From contig DXCE01000064.1 in the NCBI GenBank assembly GCA_019116165.1, positions 2,943 through 66,942 on the forward strand: DNA of 64,000 nucleotides, written 5' to 3'. A model generated the notes under the pieces. That model was not told where the DNA came from. It saw nothing but the letters and a program-made list of their open reading frames with translations, and did not search any database. The position numbers and the translations under genes are program-made. Shown piece after piece: positions 24,232 through 33,955 of the stretch; within the stretch, counting starts at the first letter, position 1; each line of letters starts with the position of its first letter. The DNA is from Candidatus Eubacterium faecavium. GTDB taxonomy: Bacteria > Bacillota > Clostridia > Oscillospirales > Acutalibacteraceae.

Positions 24232-25638
24232 ATGGGCGGTTTTTTTGCAACAGCATCTAAAGAGGACTGCGTTTTTGATCTGTTTTTCGGCGTGGATTAC
24301 CATTCACATCTGGGAACAAGACGTGCTGGTCTTGCCGTTTATGATGAAAACGAAGGATTTGACAAGGCTATCCACAACATTGAGAACGCGCCTTTCCGCA
24401 CGAAATTCACAAAAGAATCTAACGAGATGCATGGAACACTCGGAATAGGCTGCATTTCGGATTTCGAGGCACAGCCGATACTTGTGCGTTCACACCATGG
24501 CACCTTCGCCATCACCACGGTGGGTAAGATTAACAACGCAAATGAAATCGTTGATAACATCATCAAATCAAACATTCATTTTTTTGAAATGCAAAACGGC
24601 GATATCAACCCTACCGAACTTGTTGCGGCAATAATCAATCAGAAGGATAACTTTATTGAGGGCATCCGCTATGCGCAGGAGATCATAGACGGCTCTTTGA
24701 GCATGCTGATTCTTACCCCAAAGGGTATTTACTGCGCAAGAGACAGACTGGGCAGAACGCCTATAGTGCTCGGTAAAAAGGATGAGGGCTATTGCGCGAG
24801 CTTCGAGAGTTTCGCATATCTCAATCTCGGCTACAGCGATTACCGAGAGCTCGGTCCGGGCGAGGTTGTGGTTATGACGGCGGACGGAGTAAAAACGCTT
24901 GTCGCGCCGGGAAAGGATATGAAAATATGCACTTTCCTCTGGGTATATTACGGATATCCGTCCTCATCTTACGAGGGAATCAGCGTTGAAAAAATGCGCT
25001 ACAACTGCGGCGAACTGCTTGCAAAAAGAGATGACGTGAAGCCGGATATCGTTGCCGGAGTGCCTGATTCGGGCACGGCCCATGCGATCGGCTACGCGAA
25101 CCAGTCAGGATTTCCGTTTTCACGCCCATTTGTTAAATATACACCCACCTGGCCGCGTTCATTTATGCCCACACATCAGAGCAAACGCAACCTTATCGCA
25201 AAGATGAAGCTGATACCAATCCATGATCTTATTGAGGGCAAGAGCCTGCTGCTGATAGACGATTCGATCGTGCGCGGAACACAGCTTCGGGAAACAACGG
25301 AATTTCTTTACTCAAGCGGCGCAAAAGAGGTGCATATCAGACCTGCCTGCCCGCCCCTGCTTTTCGGATGTAAATACCTGAACTTCTCGCGCACTTCATC
25401 TGAAATGGAGCTGATCACAAGAAGGGTCATCAAAAAGCTTGAGGGCAAGGACCCGACTGACGAAGTGCTCCGAGAATACGCCGACCCGGACAGTGAAAAG
25501 TATAATAAAATGGTGGAAGAGATCGGGAAAGAGCTTCACTTCACTTCACTCAGATACAACAGGCTTGACGACCTTTTAGAAGCGGTAGGTATAGGCGAAG
25601 AAAAGCTCTGCACCTATTGCTGGAACGGCAAAGAATGA
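24232..25638 (+). CDS. purF: amidophosphoribosyltransferase-family enzyme (class II GATase plus PRT domain, Fe-S type, with propeptide)
   Basis: KEDC-VFDLFFG aligns with the B. subtilis PurF propeptide/Cys junction (NEEC-GVFGIWG). PRPP loop LLLIDDSIVRGTQ. Cys residues sit at Fe-S ligand positions (KICTF, RPACPP, CTYC). AGGAGG SD. The gene stands alone, away from other pur genes. Confidence 0.75.
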   Translation: MGGFFATASKEDCVFDLFFGVDYHSHLGTRRAGLAVYDENEGFDKAIHNIENAPFRTKFTKESNEMHGTLGIGCISDFEAQPILVRSHHGTFAITTVGKINNANEIVDNIIKSNIHFFEMQNGDINPTELVAAIINQKDNFIEGIRYAQEIIDGSLSMLILTPKGIYCARDRLGRTPIVLGKKDEGYCASFESFAYLNLGYSDYRELGPGEVVVMTADGVKTLVAPGKDMKICTFLWVYYGYPSSSYEGISVEKMRYNCGELLAKRDDVKPDIVAGVPDSGTAHAIGYANQSGFPFSRPFVKYTPTWPRSFMPTHQSKRNLIAKMKLIPIHDLIEGKSLLLIDDSIVRGTQLRETTEFLYSSGAKEVHIRPACPPLLFGCKYLNFSRTSSEMELITRRVIKKLEGKDPTDEVLREYADPDSEKYNKMVEEIGKELHFTSLRYNRLDDLLEAVGIGEEKLCTYCWNGKE

Positions 25639-25708
25639 TCGAGCGCTGAGAGCGTGAGTCAACGTTTTCTGCTCCCTTCTAATGAATTTATAATATCCAA
25701 AGCATGAC

Positions 25709-25748
25709 AAAAGCGGTCCTAACCTGTAAATCCAGTTGGACCGCTTTT
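25709..25748. terminator. bidirectional terminator
   Basis: 11-bp stem AAAAGCGGTCC / GGACCGCTTTT. Confidence 0.7.
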
Positions 25749-25759
25749 ATTATATTTAT

Positions 25760-27136
25760 TTAAAATGTAACCGTTGCCGAAACCGTTTCTCCCGCGTTTT
25801 CATAACAGTCAAGCGGAGTCACTTGCAACGTATATTCACCGCTCAGATCCTTTGTGTATTCGGCAGGGAAAATGACATTTACGGTGCTGCTTCTGTTTTC
25901 TGCCGGCAGAATATAATCAGAGCCTACACGAAGCGTATCTTTTGTTTCCTCCTCATTTATCTTAAACGAAACAGGATTCCCCGCGCCATCAACAAGCTGA
26001 ATATCATAATATGCCACAGCGTCAGGATGCTGCGCCGCTGTAAATGTTATCTCGTCAAGCTTCGTTCCCTCTTCCCCCTCAACCGTACCGATCGAGCAGT
26101 CAAAACCGCTTTCCCATACGGGAGCCGTGGACTGAGATTTGCGTGTATCATAATTATACGCGAAGCTGTCTTTTGAAAGCGGCAGACTGAGCACCCAAGG
26201 CTCTTTCTGCTCTTCGCCGGTCAGCGCGCTGTAACGGTGGAATACCGCCTGAGAATCGCTGAGTTCAAGGATCATCACCATAGGATTATCCTCTATGAAT
26301 GAGCCGTCATCCTGCGTAAGGTCACATCCTGCATAACATATATAAGACACGCATTGGGTGTTGATAGCCGTATAATTATCCTGCACGATTGAAGTTTCAT
26401 CCATAAGCGGCGCATGGGTGTGACCGCTTATGGAAACGACCTGTTCATACTGAGAAAAAAGCTTATCAAGATTTTCGCAGCCATCTGTCTGACTCATTAT
26501 CAAAGACCCTTTAGGCGGATGGTGCGTAAGCACAAATACGGGCTTATCGGGCGATTGCTCTATCGCTAACTCTATCTGCTCTTTTGCCCACTCAAGCGTT
26601 TTATCGCTGTAAGCGCTGTCGTCCATACCGCCCTTATCAGGGCTTACGGCAATAAAATGGAAACCGTTTACCACCTTATGCGTCCACGGATTATCATTTA
26701 CGGTATATTTTTCAAAACGGCTGCGCATCTTTCCCTTAAACGGGATCTCCCAGCAATCCACAAAATTTTGAAGCCAATAATCATGATTTCCGAGTATGTA
26801 TGAGCTGATGATATCTTCACCGCCGTATACGCTGTCATAAATACGCTTATAATTTTTATAGCTTTCCTCATTGCCGACATCGGTATAATCCCCGACATTT
26901 ATAAGCATATCCACATTCTGTGATTTAAAAAATTCAAGCGCGCTCTGAAAGCTTTGGTCATATACATCGGAACCGCCCTCCGGCGCAAGCTGAAGATCGC
27001 TTAAAATGCCTATTTTCAATGTGCTTTTATCCACAGTATACGTTTGTATTTCGGCGCTCTTACTGCTCTGACATCCGCTTAAAAGAACCAGAGAGGAAAC
27101 AACTGCGGCCGCTAAAACAACAGAAACGATTTTTTT
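25760..27136 (-). CDS. secreted lipoprotein, calcineurin-like metallophosphoesterase with a C-terminal Ig/Fn3-like domain
   Basis: Lipobox signal peptide MKKIVSVVLAAAVVSSLVLLSGC. MPE motifs GILSDLQ, GDYTD, GNHDYW and GHTHAP. A GGAGG SD precedes the ATG at 27136. Confidence 0.8.
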   Translation of the reverse strand, partial: KKIVSVVLAAAVVSSLVLLSGCQSSKSAEIQTYTVDKSTLKIGILSDLQLAPEGGSDVYDQSFQSALEFFKSQNVDMLINVGDYTDVGNEESYKNYKRIYDSVYGGEDIISSYILGNHDYWLQNFVDCWEIPFKGKMRSRFEKYTVNDNPWTHKVVNGFHFIAVSPDKGGMDDSAYSDKTLEWAKEQIELAIEQSPDKPVFVLTHHPPKGSLIMSQTDGCENLDKLFSQYEQVVSISGHTHAPLMDETSIVQDNYTAINTQCVSYICYAGCDLTQDDGSFIEDNPMVMILELSDSQAVFHRYSALTGEEQKEPWVLSLPLSKDSFAYNYDTRKSQSTAPVWESGFDCSIGTVEGEEGTKLDEITFTAAQHPDAVAYYDIQLVDGAGNPVSFKINEEETKDTLRVGSDYILPAENRSSTVNVIFPAEYTKDLSGEYTLQVTPLDCYENAGETVSATVTF

Positions 27137-27155
27137 CATACACATACCTCCTGCA

Positions 27156-28094
27156 TCAATCAATAACAATATCCGCATAGACCGGATAATGGTCTGACAC
27201 AGCACTCATATAATCATCGGAAAGCATCGTAAAGCTTTGCGCCGAAGCAGAACCGTAAATAAATATATGATCATAGGAAGGCTGATCAAAAGCGCATTCC
27301 GTACCGAATGAAGTCTGCACCGCCGAATATTTTGAATCCGTCAGACTGCCTGCGAGCTTCTCATAGATTTCCGGCGCGTCAAGCTCACCCGTTTCAGCAG
27401 TTCTTTCCATCGCATTGAAATCCCCCACGGAAAAAACAGGGCAATTGTATTCCGAGCCGAGAGCGCCGACAAGCGAGATCAGCTCGTCGCTCTGGGACTG
27501 CATCACCTGCATCTCCCGCGCCTCCTGCCCCTCTCTCAGCAGATCAAGGTGTGTGTTTGTAACCGCAAAGCGTTTTCCGCTTTCCTTATGTTCAAACACT
27601 GCCCAGACCGCTCTGCGAAGGCGCGGGTTATCCCCGTTTTCGTATTTCAGCTGACCGCTCTTAACAAGATCGAGCGTTTCTGAGTTATATATCATAGCCG
27701 TCATACGGACAAATACGCCCGTAGAAACGGGGAAAAGCATTTTATAGCCTTTCGGAAGATTGTTTTTAACGGCGCAATACCATCCGTCGCACATCTCCTG
27801 AAGACCCGCAACATCGGGTCTTACGGTCTCCAGAACCGTTTTAAACATTTGGGCACGCGGCTTTACGGGAAGTCCTCCCCAGCTCTCATAGCCGACAAGA
27901 AGATTGCTGCTCATGATCCTGACAGTGCCGTTTTCGGCAGGTGAAGCGTCCTGTGAAAGCGAATCCGCAAAACCCTGCGGCAGAGCCGCGCCTGAAATAT
28001 TTCCTCTTACTTTAAAAACGATTGTGGGAACGATTATTACTGCACATAAAAAAATGCAGACTGCTGTTATAACGATCTTCTTCACCTTGCTCAT
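27156..28094 (-). CDS. membrane-anchored endonuclease/exonuclease/phosphatase (EEP) family protein
   Basis: N-terminal TM anchor. EEP motifs SSNLL, GLQEM, NTHLD, GDFN and SDHYPV. Confidence 0.8.
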   Translation of the reverse strand: MSKVKKIVITAVCIFLCAVIIVPTIVFKVRGNISGAALPQGFADSLSQDASPAENGTVRIMSSNLLVGYESWGGLPVKPRAQMFKTVLETVRPDVAGLQEMCDGWYCAVKNNLPKGYKMLFPVSTGVFVRMTAMIYNSETLDLVKSGQLKYENGDNPRLRRAVWAVFEHKESGKRFAVTNTHLDLLREGQEAREMQVMQSQSDELISLVGALGSEYNCPVFSVGDFNAMERTAETGELDAPEIYEKLAGSLTDSKYSAVQTSFGTECAFDQPSYDHIFIYGSASAQSFTMLSDDYMSAVSDHYPVYADIVID

Positions 28095-28185
28095 AACATC
28101 ACCTGTTCAATTTTATTCTAACATTTTTAAAAATAAAAACAATGCAAAAATCGGAATAAAAAGCCTTAAAAAGCGAAATCAAGCA

Positions 28186-28218
28186 TAAAAAAAGGAAACT
28201 GCATTCAAGCTGTTTCCT
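28186..28218 (-). terminator. rho-independent terminator ending the MBL-rlmH-GNAT-methyltransferase operon
   Basis: Stem AGGAAAC / GTTTCCT with a T7 run on the minus strand. Confidence 0.65.
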
Positions 28219-28229
28219 AAAAAAATCTT

Positions 28230-29021
28230 TTATAATTTTCTGAATATATCCAGCGTGTGACTTGAAAGACCCACCATATCCGCTCGTTCACACAGCTTAA
28301 AATGAAAATCCATATATGCTTCAAAGGTTTCCTCATCCATTTCTTTGATCCTTTCTTTAAGCAGAGGAGAGAGCATATCCGTGCCGACAAAATGAAGCCT
28401 CTGCACATGCATATTCTCCATCAAGGCGTCAATATCCTCTTTTCGGTAAAGCTCAAAAACAAGCTCCGGCACAGGCTGCGCGTGAAAATCAGAATCAATA
28501 TAGCCGTTTTGCCTGTACGCCTTGAGGTTCCCGCGCTGAAACAGATAATCGTAGACCGTCAGATCATTCATAACATACGCCGCGAAAACCGTCCCGCCCG
28601 GCTTTGTTATTCTGAGCGCCTCCGAAAGTGCCCTTAACTGCTCTTCCTTTGAAAAAAGATGATACATGGGACCGAGCAGCAGTGTTATATCATAAGTATT
28701 ACTTTTCAGCGGAAGATCAACGGCATTGCCCTGCGTTATGCTGACAGCATGCGACTGTTTTATCTTGCTTTTAAACACATCGATATTATGTTCAACGAGC
28801 TCGACCGCGTCAACGGTATACCCTTTATCCGCCAGAGCGATCGAATATCTGCCTGTTGCCGCACCGATCTCAGCTACACGCATCCCGCGGCGCAGGTATT
28901 TTTCAATATACCGCATGGTTGTGAGGTATTCAACCAAATTGGATCTTCTTAAAAATCTGCTGTCCTCATCATATCCATTATAATAGTTTACTACATAGGA
29001 TTCCATATCAGGGATGCTCAT
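28230..29021 (-). CDS. class I SAM-dependent methyltransferase
   Basis: Motif I VAEIGAATGRYS. ATGA overlap with the GNAT gene stop. Confidence 0.8.
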   Translation of the reverse strand: MSIPDMESYVVNYYNGYDEDSRFLRRSNLVEYLTTMRYIEKYLRRGMRVAEIGAATGRYSIALADKGYTVDAVELVEHNIDVFKSKIKQSHAVSITQGNAVDLPLKSNTYDITLLLGPMYHLFSKEEQLRALSEALRITKPGGTVFAAYVMNDLTVYDYLFQRGNLKAYRQNGYIDSDFHAQPVPELVFELYRKEDIDALMENMHVQRLHFVGTDMLSPLLKERIKEMDEETFEAYMDFHFKLCERADMVGLSSHTLDIFRKL

Positions 29022-29440
29022 ATTTCTTTCTCCCATATCATAAGGTACTCATCGGATACATCTGCTGAGATCCTTTTCCGAACCTTAAATCCGTTTTTTT
29101 CGTAAAATCTTACTGCCGCTGTGTTTTTGCAATATACATTCAGAGTAAGGCGTGATCTTCTTTTCTTTACAAAATCGAGCAGTTTTGTTCCTATCCCTAA
29201 CGAACGGCATTCTTTTGAAACAAAAATGCCTTCAATATAATCTTCGTTCAGCCCTACAAAGCCGGTTATGCGCCCGTTATCCTCATAAACAAAGACCTCA
29301 GCGGAACGGATGCCTGCTCCGGCGTCATCAAAATGATCAAGCCAGTACTGCTTGGGAATAAAGCTGTGCGCCTGTATATTGGAACGGAGCCATATATCCA
29401 TAACACTGTTCATATCTTTACTTTGCAACGATCTTATCAT
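29018..29440 (-). CDS. GNAT family N-acetyltransferase
   Basis: 140 aa. Acetyl-CoA motif SKECRSLGIGTKLL. NAAVRFYEKNGF. Confidence 0.85.
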   Translation of the reverse strand: MIRSLQSKDMNSVMDIWLRSNIQAHSFIPKQYWLDHFDDAGAGIRSAEVFVYEDNGRITGFVGLNEDYIEGIFVSKECRSLGIGTKLLDFVKKRRSRLTLNVYCKNTAAVRFYEKNGFKVRKRISADVSDEYLMIWEKEI

Positions 29441-29916
29441 TTGTGATACCTGGAATGATTTAGAATTGAAAAAGCACGGTAAATCTGCTCAAGAAGCACG
29501 AGGCGCGCAAGCTGATGGGGCAGCGTGATTCTGCCGAAAGAAAGCCTGACCCTGCCAAGCGCTTTGATTTTTTCGGATAAACCGAAAGAACCCCCTATAA
29601 CAAAAGCGATCTTTGAATTGGCAAGACTTATTTTTTCGATTTCCGACGCTATCTCGTCAGACCGCAGCTCTTTCCCCTCAATACAAAGAGGAATGACCGC
29701 CGCGCCCTTGGGTATCTTGCCGGCGATTCTTTCCCCTTCTTTTTCAATTACAGTTTCTATCTCGGCCAAGGACGGGTCATCGCCGCAGCGTTCCTCAGGG
29801 ATCTCAATGATCTGCGTTTTTGCAAAGGCAGACAACCTTTTCAGATACTCCTCACAACCGTTTTTTAAATATTTTTCCTTAAGTTTTCCGACACATATAA
29901 CACTTATGCTTATCAC
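29437..29916 (-). CDS. rlmH: 23S rRNA (pseudouridine1915-N3)-methyltransferase RlmH
   Basis: 159 aa SPOUT protein: ISVICVGKLKEKY..G..EY.KRL ... LSFGRITLPHQL.R..L.EQIYRA. The GTG start overlaps the upstream stop. Confidence 0.9.
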   Translation of the reverse strand: MISISVICVGKLKEKYLKNGCEEYLKRLSAFAKTQIIEIPEERCGDDPSLAEIETVIEKEGERIAGKIPKGAAVIPLCIEGKELRSDEIASEIEKISLANSKIAFVIGGSFGLSEKIKALGRVRLSFGRITLPHQLARLVLLEQIYRAFSILNHSRYHK

Positions 29917-30701
29917 AGAACGATCAGCCCCCCGTCATTTTCGGGCTTTGAAACATAAAGCCGGAAATCCTCGTTTTCCTTTGCGCCGAGTTCACCCAGA
30001 GCAGCAAGTGCAGACAGCCTTGCGATCTCCGGCACATTGTTTTCACGGCTCAGATGAGACAGCACAAATCGTGTTGTGCCGCCCTGCAAAAGCTCCTTGG
30101 CAAACGCATCGGCTGCAACATTGGACAGGTGACCTTTGTCAGACAATATTCTTTTTTTCAGCGGATAAGGATAACCACCGTTTTGAAGCATGGAAATCTC
30201 ATGATTTGATTCAAGAAAAACGAGATCGGAGCCTGCGATCGTTTTTTTTGCCTCATCTGTGATATAGCCTGTATCGGTGCATACGGAAACCGTGCGTCCG
30301 TCCGACAGATGAAGCTTGTATCCCACACAGTCCACAGCATCATGGGAATTGTGAAAATACTCGGCATACATATTGCCGAGATCAAGTACATTTCTGATTT
30401 CAAACGACCTGACCGTATTATTCGCAATGCCGTTGAAGCGCAGGTTCTCCATCGTTGCAGGCGTAGCGAACACCGGCGTTTTATGCCTTGCCGCGAATAC
30501 GCGCACACCTGCAATATGATCTCTGTGCTCATGCGTCACAAGTATTGCTTTAATGCTGTCCGGGTCAACACCTATTCTTCTCAGCCCTGCCTCACAGCGC
30601 TTTGCCGATACGCCTATATCCACAAGGATTCCTGAATCATTCATACCTATGTATATTGAATTTCCGCTGCTGCCCGAAAAAAGCTGACACACCTTTGCCA
30701 T
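29913..30701 (-). CDS. MBL-fold metallo-hydrolase (YycJ/WalJ-like)
   Basis: LFSGSSGNS start and the HEHRDH metal motif. Its position directly upstream of rlmH matches Bacillus and Staphylococcus. Confidence 0.8.
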   Translation of the reverse strand: MAKVCQLFSGSSGNSIYIGMNDSGILVDIGVSAKRCEAGLRRIGVDPDSIKAILVTHEHRDHIAGVRVFAARHKTPVFATPATMENLRFNGIANNTVRSFEIRNVLDLGNMYAEYFHNSHDAVDCVGYKLHLSDGRTVSVCTDTGYITDEAKKTIAGSDLVFLESNHEISMLQNGGYPYPLKKRILSDKGHLSNVAADAFAKELLQGGTTRFVLSHLSRENNVPEIARLSALAALGELGAKENEDFRLYVSKPENDGGLIVL

Positions 30702-30745
30702 ATTATCTACCTGTCTGAAACTGCCTTTTCTTTATTTTTAAATAT

Positions 30746-30771
30746 TTAAAAAAGGGGCGAATATTCGCCCC
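30746..30771 (-). terminator. rho-independent terminator after murA
   Basis: GGGGCGA-atat-TCGCCCC with T6 on the minus strand. Confidence 0.7.
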
Positions 30772-30781
30772 GAAGTCCCTA

Positions 30782-32068
30782 TCAACCGGCGTGTGCAACG
30801 CTGCTGTCAGCCTGCACCTGAACCCTTTTTATATCTGCGCCGAGCTGAGTCAGCTTTTCAACTATATTTTCATAGCCTCTGTCCACATACTGGATCTTTT
30901 CAACAACCGTCTCGCCCTTAGCGATAAGGCCTGCGATAACCATTGCCGCGCCTGCGCGCAGATCCGTGGCTTTTACCTTAACGCCCGTTAAATGGTCAAC
31001 GCCCTCAATTACGGCTATTTTTCCGTCCACCTGAATATTTGCACCCATTCTGAGAAGCTGACCTACGTACTGGAATCTGTTGTCCCACACGGATTCGGAA
31101 AGGATCGATGTGCCTTTGGCAACGGAAAGCAGGACAGCCATCTGAGGCTGCATATCGGTAGGAAATCCGGGATGCGGCATCGTTTTAACATTGCACCTTG
31201 TAAGCGGCTTAAAGCGTGTTACGCGAACAGCATCGTCATATACAATGATCTCTGCACCGGCTTCCTCCAGCTTTGCGCTGATCGACTCAAGATGCTTAGG
31301 TATAACGTTTTTAATCAGCACATCACCACCGCAGGCAGCGGCGGCAACCATATATGTGCCGGCTTCGATCTGATCGGGAATTATGGAATAGGTGCAGCCA
31401 TGCATTTTTTCAACACCGCGGATCTTGATAACGTCAGTGCCTGCACCCCTGACATCAGCTCCCATGGAGTTAAGGAAGTTCGCTAGGTCAACGATATGAG
31501 GCTCTTTCGCCGCATTTTCAATAACGGTCAGCCCTCTTGCGAGCACTGCCGCCAGCATAACATTAATCGTTGCGCCGACTGAGACAACATCCATATAAAC
31601 GGTTGTGCCGACAAGCTTTTCGGCATCCGCACACACCATGCCGTTTACTATGTTTACATCGGCGCCGAGCATTTCAAAACCCTTTATATGCTGATCGATC
31701 GGCCTGTCTCCGAAATCACAGCCGCCGGGCAATGCCACCTCTGCCTTTTTAAATCTGCCGAGCATAGCGCCGATCAAATAATAGCTTGCCCTGAAATGGG
31801 AGGCAAACTCATACGGCACATCCTGATAATTAAGGGTGCGCGTATCTATCTCTATCGTATCTTTGCTGATCATTTTTATCTGTGCGCCCATCTGGCTGAG
31901 AATTTTAATGATAAGCGAAACATCGGATATATTGGGTATATTTTCTATTCTTACTTTATCATCCGCCAAAATAGCAGCGGGAATAATAGCTACGGACGCA
32001 TTTTTCGCACCGCTGATATTGACTTCCCCGAAAAGCTCTTTGCCGCCGTTAATCACAAAGTTTTCCAA
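30782..32068 (-). CDS. murA: UDP-N-acetylglucosamine 1-carboxyvinyltransferase
   Basis: (L)ENFVINGGKELFGEVNISGAKNA start and the LPGGCDFGDRPIDQH active-site Cys loop. I prefer the TTG at 32068, which has an AGAGGGAAG SD. The ORF-track extension up to 32212 is AT-rich and lacks an SD. Confidence 0.9.
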   Translation of the reverse strand: MENFVINGGKELFGEVNISGAKNASVAIIPAAILADDKVRIENIPNISDVSLIIKILSQMGAQIKMISKDTIEIDTRTLNYQDVPYEFASHFRASYYLIGAMLGRFKKAEVALPGGCDFGDRPIDQHIKGFEMLGADVNIVNGMVCADAEKLVGTTVYMDVVSVGATINVMLAAVLARGLTVIENAAKEPHIVDLANFLNSMGADVRGAGTDVIKIRGVEKMHGCTYSIIPDQIEAGTYMVAAAACGGDVLIKNVIPKHLESISAKLEEAGAEIIVYDDAVRVTRFKPLTRCNVKTMPHPGFPTDMQPQMAVLLSVAKGTSILSESVWDNRFQYVGQLLRMGANIQVDGKIAVIEGVDHLTGVKVKATDLRAGAAMVIAGLIAKGETVVEKIQYVDRGYENIVEKLTQLGADIKRVQVQADSSVAHAG

Positions 32069-32455
32069 ATTTCTTCCCTCTTTAAAATTGGAATAATATA
32101 TATTAAGTAAATTGAAATCAAAATATGTATGGTTTTTCCAACCTTGCATATTATAGCAGACTAAACCGTAAAAATAAAGACCTTTTAATAATTCGATACA
32201 CTTTTGTAACATATAATTTTAACAAAAAAACAACAATATATATGGTTAATATGCATAAACACGTGCAAAATACTGTGATAAAAAAATTTTTTTATTTGGC
32301 TGAAATTTCTCTGTTTTTGTTTAAATTACAAAAATATTACAAAGTTTTTAGGCTAAATTGACGAAAAAGAATACTGCCTTCACCTATCCGCAAATTTATT
32401 ATTTGGAGCAAAACCCCGTTTATTATTTCATCTGACATATATTTTTTTATAAATA

Positions 32456-32484
32456 TTGACAAAACGATACACTTATTGTATTAT
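32456..32484 (+). promoter_or_regulatory. sigma-A promoter (TTGACA-17-TATTAT)
   Basis: Consensus -35, a 17-nt spacer, and a TG directly upstream of the -10. The ORF-track start codon at 32456 is the -35 hexamer itself. Confidence 0.55.
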
Positions 32485-32518
32485 GGATATAAATATATAT
32501 TTTTACGGAGGTTTAATT

Positions 32519-33904
32519 TTGGACGACTCAGTTGTGCCTCTGCTATTACTGCAGGTGGTATTAATTGCACTCAACGCCGTTTTCGCGGCTGCGGAGATTG
32601 CAATAGTCAGTATGAATGACAACAAAATGGCAAAGATGGCAAGAGAAGGAAACAAAAAGGCTATTCGGCTCGTTAAGCTTACAAGCCAGCCCTCCCGCTT
32701 CCTTGCAACAATCCAAATCGCCATTACCCTTGCAGGCTTTTTGGGAGCCGCTTCGGCAGCGGAAAGCTTTTCGGACGTAATAGTTGACGCCATATTAAGT
32801 ACAGGTATAGGCATCTCGGCAGGTGTTTTAAACAGCATCGTTGTATTTCTGATCACGCTGATCATTTCGTTTTTGAATATCGTTTTCGGCGAGCTTGTTC
32901 CGAAACGTATAGCCATGCGCAATCCGGAGTCTTACGCGCTCGGGATATCTGGTCTTATTTTTGCAATTTCAAAAATATTCAAGCCGGTGGTATGGCTGCT
33001 TACGGCATCTACCAATCTGGTGCTCAGAATGTTCAAGATCGATCCGAACGCAACAGATGACGAGGGCAGCGAGGAAGACATCAGAATGATGGTGGACGCC
33101 GCCAGCGAAAACGGCACAATAGATAAAACAGAAAAAGAATTTATTCAGAATGTATTTGAATTTGATGATCTGACTGCCGGGGAAGTTGCCGTACACAGAA
33201 CGGAAGTGTCCCTGCTCTGGCTGGAAGAAAGCCCCGAGGAGTGGGATAAAACGATCCACGGCAGCAGGCACAAGATCTACCCTGTATGTGATGAGACCGT
33301 TGACAATATTGTGGGCATACTGAACGCCAAGGATTATTTCAGGCTGAACACAAAAGACAGGGAAACCGTGATGAAAAAAGCGGTTCACCCTGCATATTTC
33401 GTGCCGGAGAGCGTTAAACTGGACGTACTTTTCCAAAATATGAAAAAAAGCAAAAATTCCTTTGCGATTGTTCTGGACGAATACGGCGGCACAACGGGTA
33501 TCATCACCATCAACGACCTTGTTGAACAGCTCGTGGGCGATTTTGATTATGATGACAGCAATGAGCCGCGGACCGTGGAATCCATTGAAAGTCTTGATTC
33601 AAAAACCTGGAAGATAACAGGCAATCCGCCCATAGATGATATTGAAGAGGCTCTGAACGTATCCTTCAAAACCGAGGAATGCGACACCTTCAGCGGACTT
33701 GTTTTTGACGCGCTCGGCTCTGTGCCGGATGACGGCAGTACTTTCGAAATCGAAACAGCAGGACTTGTCATAAAGGTCCTCAGCGTCAAAAATCATCAGG
33801 TCCAGACAGCCATAGTCGGCAAAGCGGCACAAAATAAAGAGCAAGCAAATAACAAAGGCGCCGACAAGGCAGAAACGGATGATAATGAAAAAGGCGAAAA
33901 CTAA
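32519..33904 (+). CDS. CNNM/TlyC-family hemolysin-like protein (DUF21 TM domain, CBS pair and CorC_HlyC)
   Basis: LNA.FAAAEIA..S block, GELVPKR, a CBS region, and a C-terminal transporter-associated domain. TTG start at 32519, 8 nt downstream of a GGAGG SD. Confidence 0.85.
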   Translation: MDDSVVPLLLLQVVLIALNAVFAAAEIAIVSMNDNKMAKMAREGNKKAIRLVKLTSQPSRFLATIQIAITLAGFLGAASAAESFSDVIVDAILSTGIGISAGVLNSIVVFLITLIISFLNIVFGELVPKRIAMRNPESYALGISGLIFAISKIFKPVVWLLTASTNLVLRMFKIDPNATDDEGSEEDIRMMVDAASENGTIDKTEKEFIQNVFEFDDLTAGEVAVHRTEVSLLWLEESPEEWDKTIHGSRHKIYPVCDETVDNIVGILNAKDYFRLNTKDRETVMKKAVHPAYFVPESVKLDVLFQNMKKSKNSFAIVLDEYGGTTGIITINDLVEQLVGDFDYDDSNEPRTVESIESLDSKTWKITGNPPIDDIEEALNVSFKTEECDTFSGLVFDALGSVPDDGSTFEIETAGLVIKVLSVKNHQVQTAIVGKAAQNKEQANNKGADKAETDDNEKGEN

Positions 33905-33916
33905 ATAAACGCAGCA

Positions 33917-33946
33917 AAACAGCGGCTCATTCCTGAGCCGCTGTTT
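33917..33946. terminator. bidirectional terminator
   Basis: 13-bp stem AAACAGCGGCTCA / TGAGCCGCTGTTT, with T runs on the plus-strand side. Confidence 0.75.
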
Positions 33947-33955
33947 ATTTTTGAT

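Noticed and set aside
24232-25638. PurF paralogue that seemed to lack the N-terminal catalytic cysteine (it begins MGGFF rather than MCG)
   Set aside because: On alignment by eye, KEDC-VFDLFFG matches the B. subtilis PurF propeptide/Cys junction (NEEC-GVFGIWG). A 12-residue propeptide exposing Cys13 is therefore the simpler reading. The Fe-S ligand cysteines are also in place.
32125-32518. 78-aa ORF in the AT-rich murA/CNNM spacer, and the ORF-track start of the CNNM gene at 32456
   Set aside because: The 78-aa ORF is a low-complexity translation of AT-rich DNA with no SD. The TTG at 32456 is the -35 hexamer of a consensus promoter, so the real start is most likely the TTG at 32519, downstream of a GGAGG SD.
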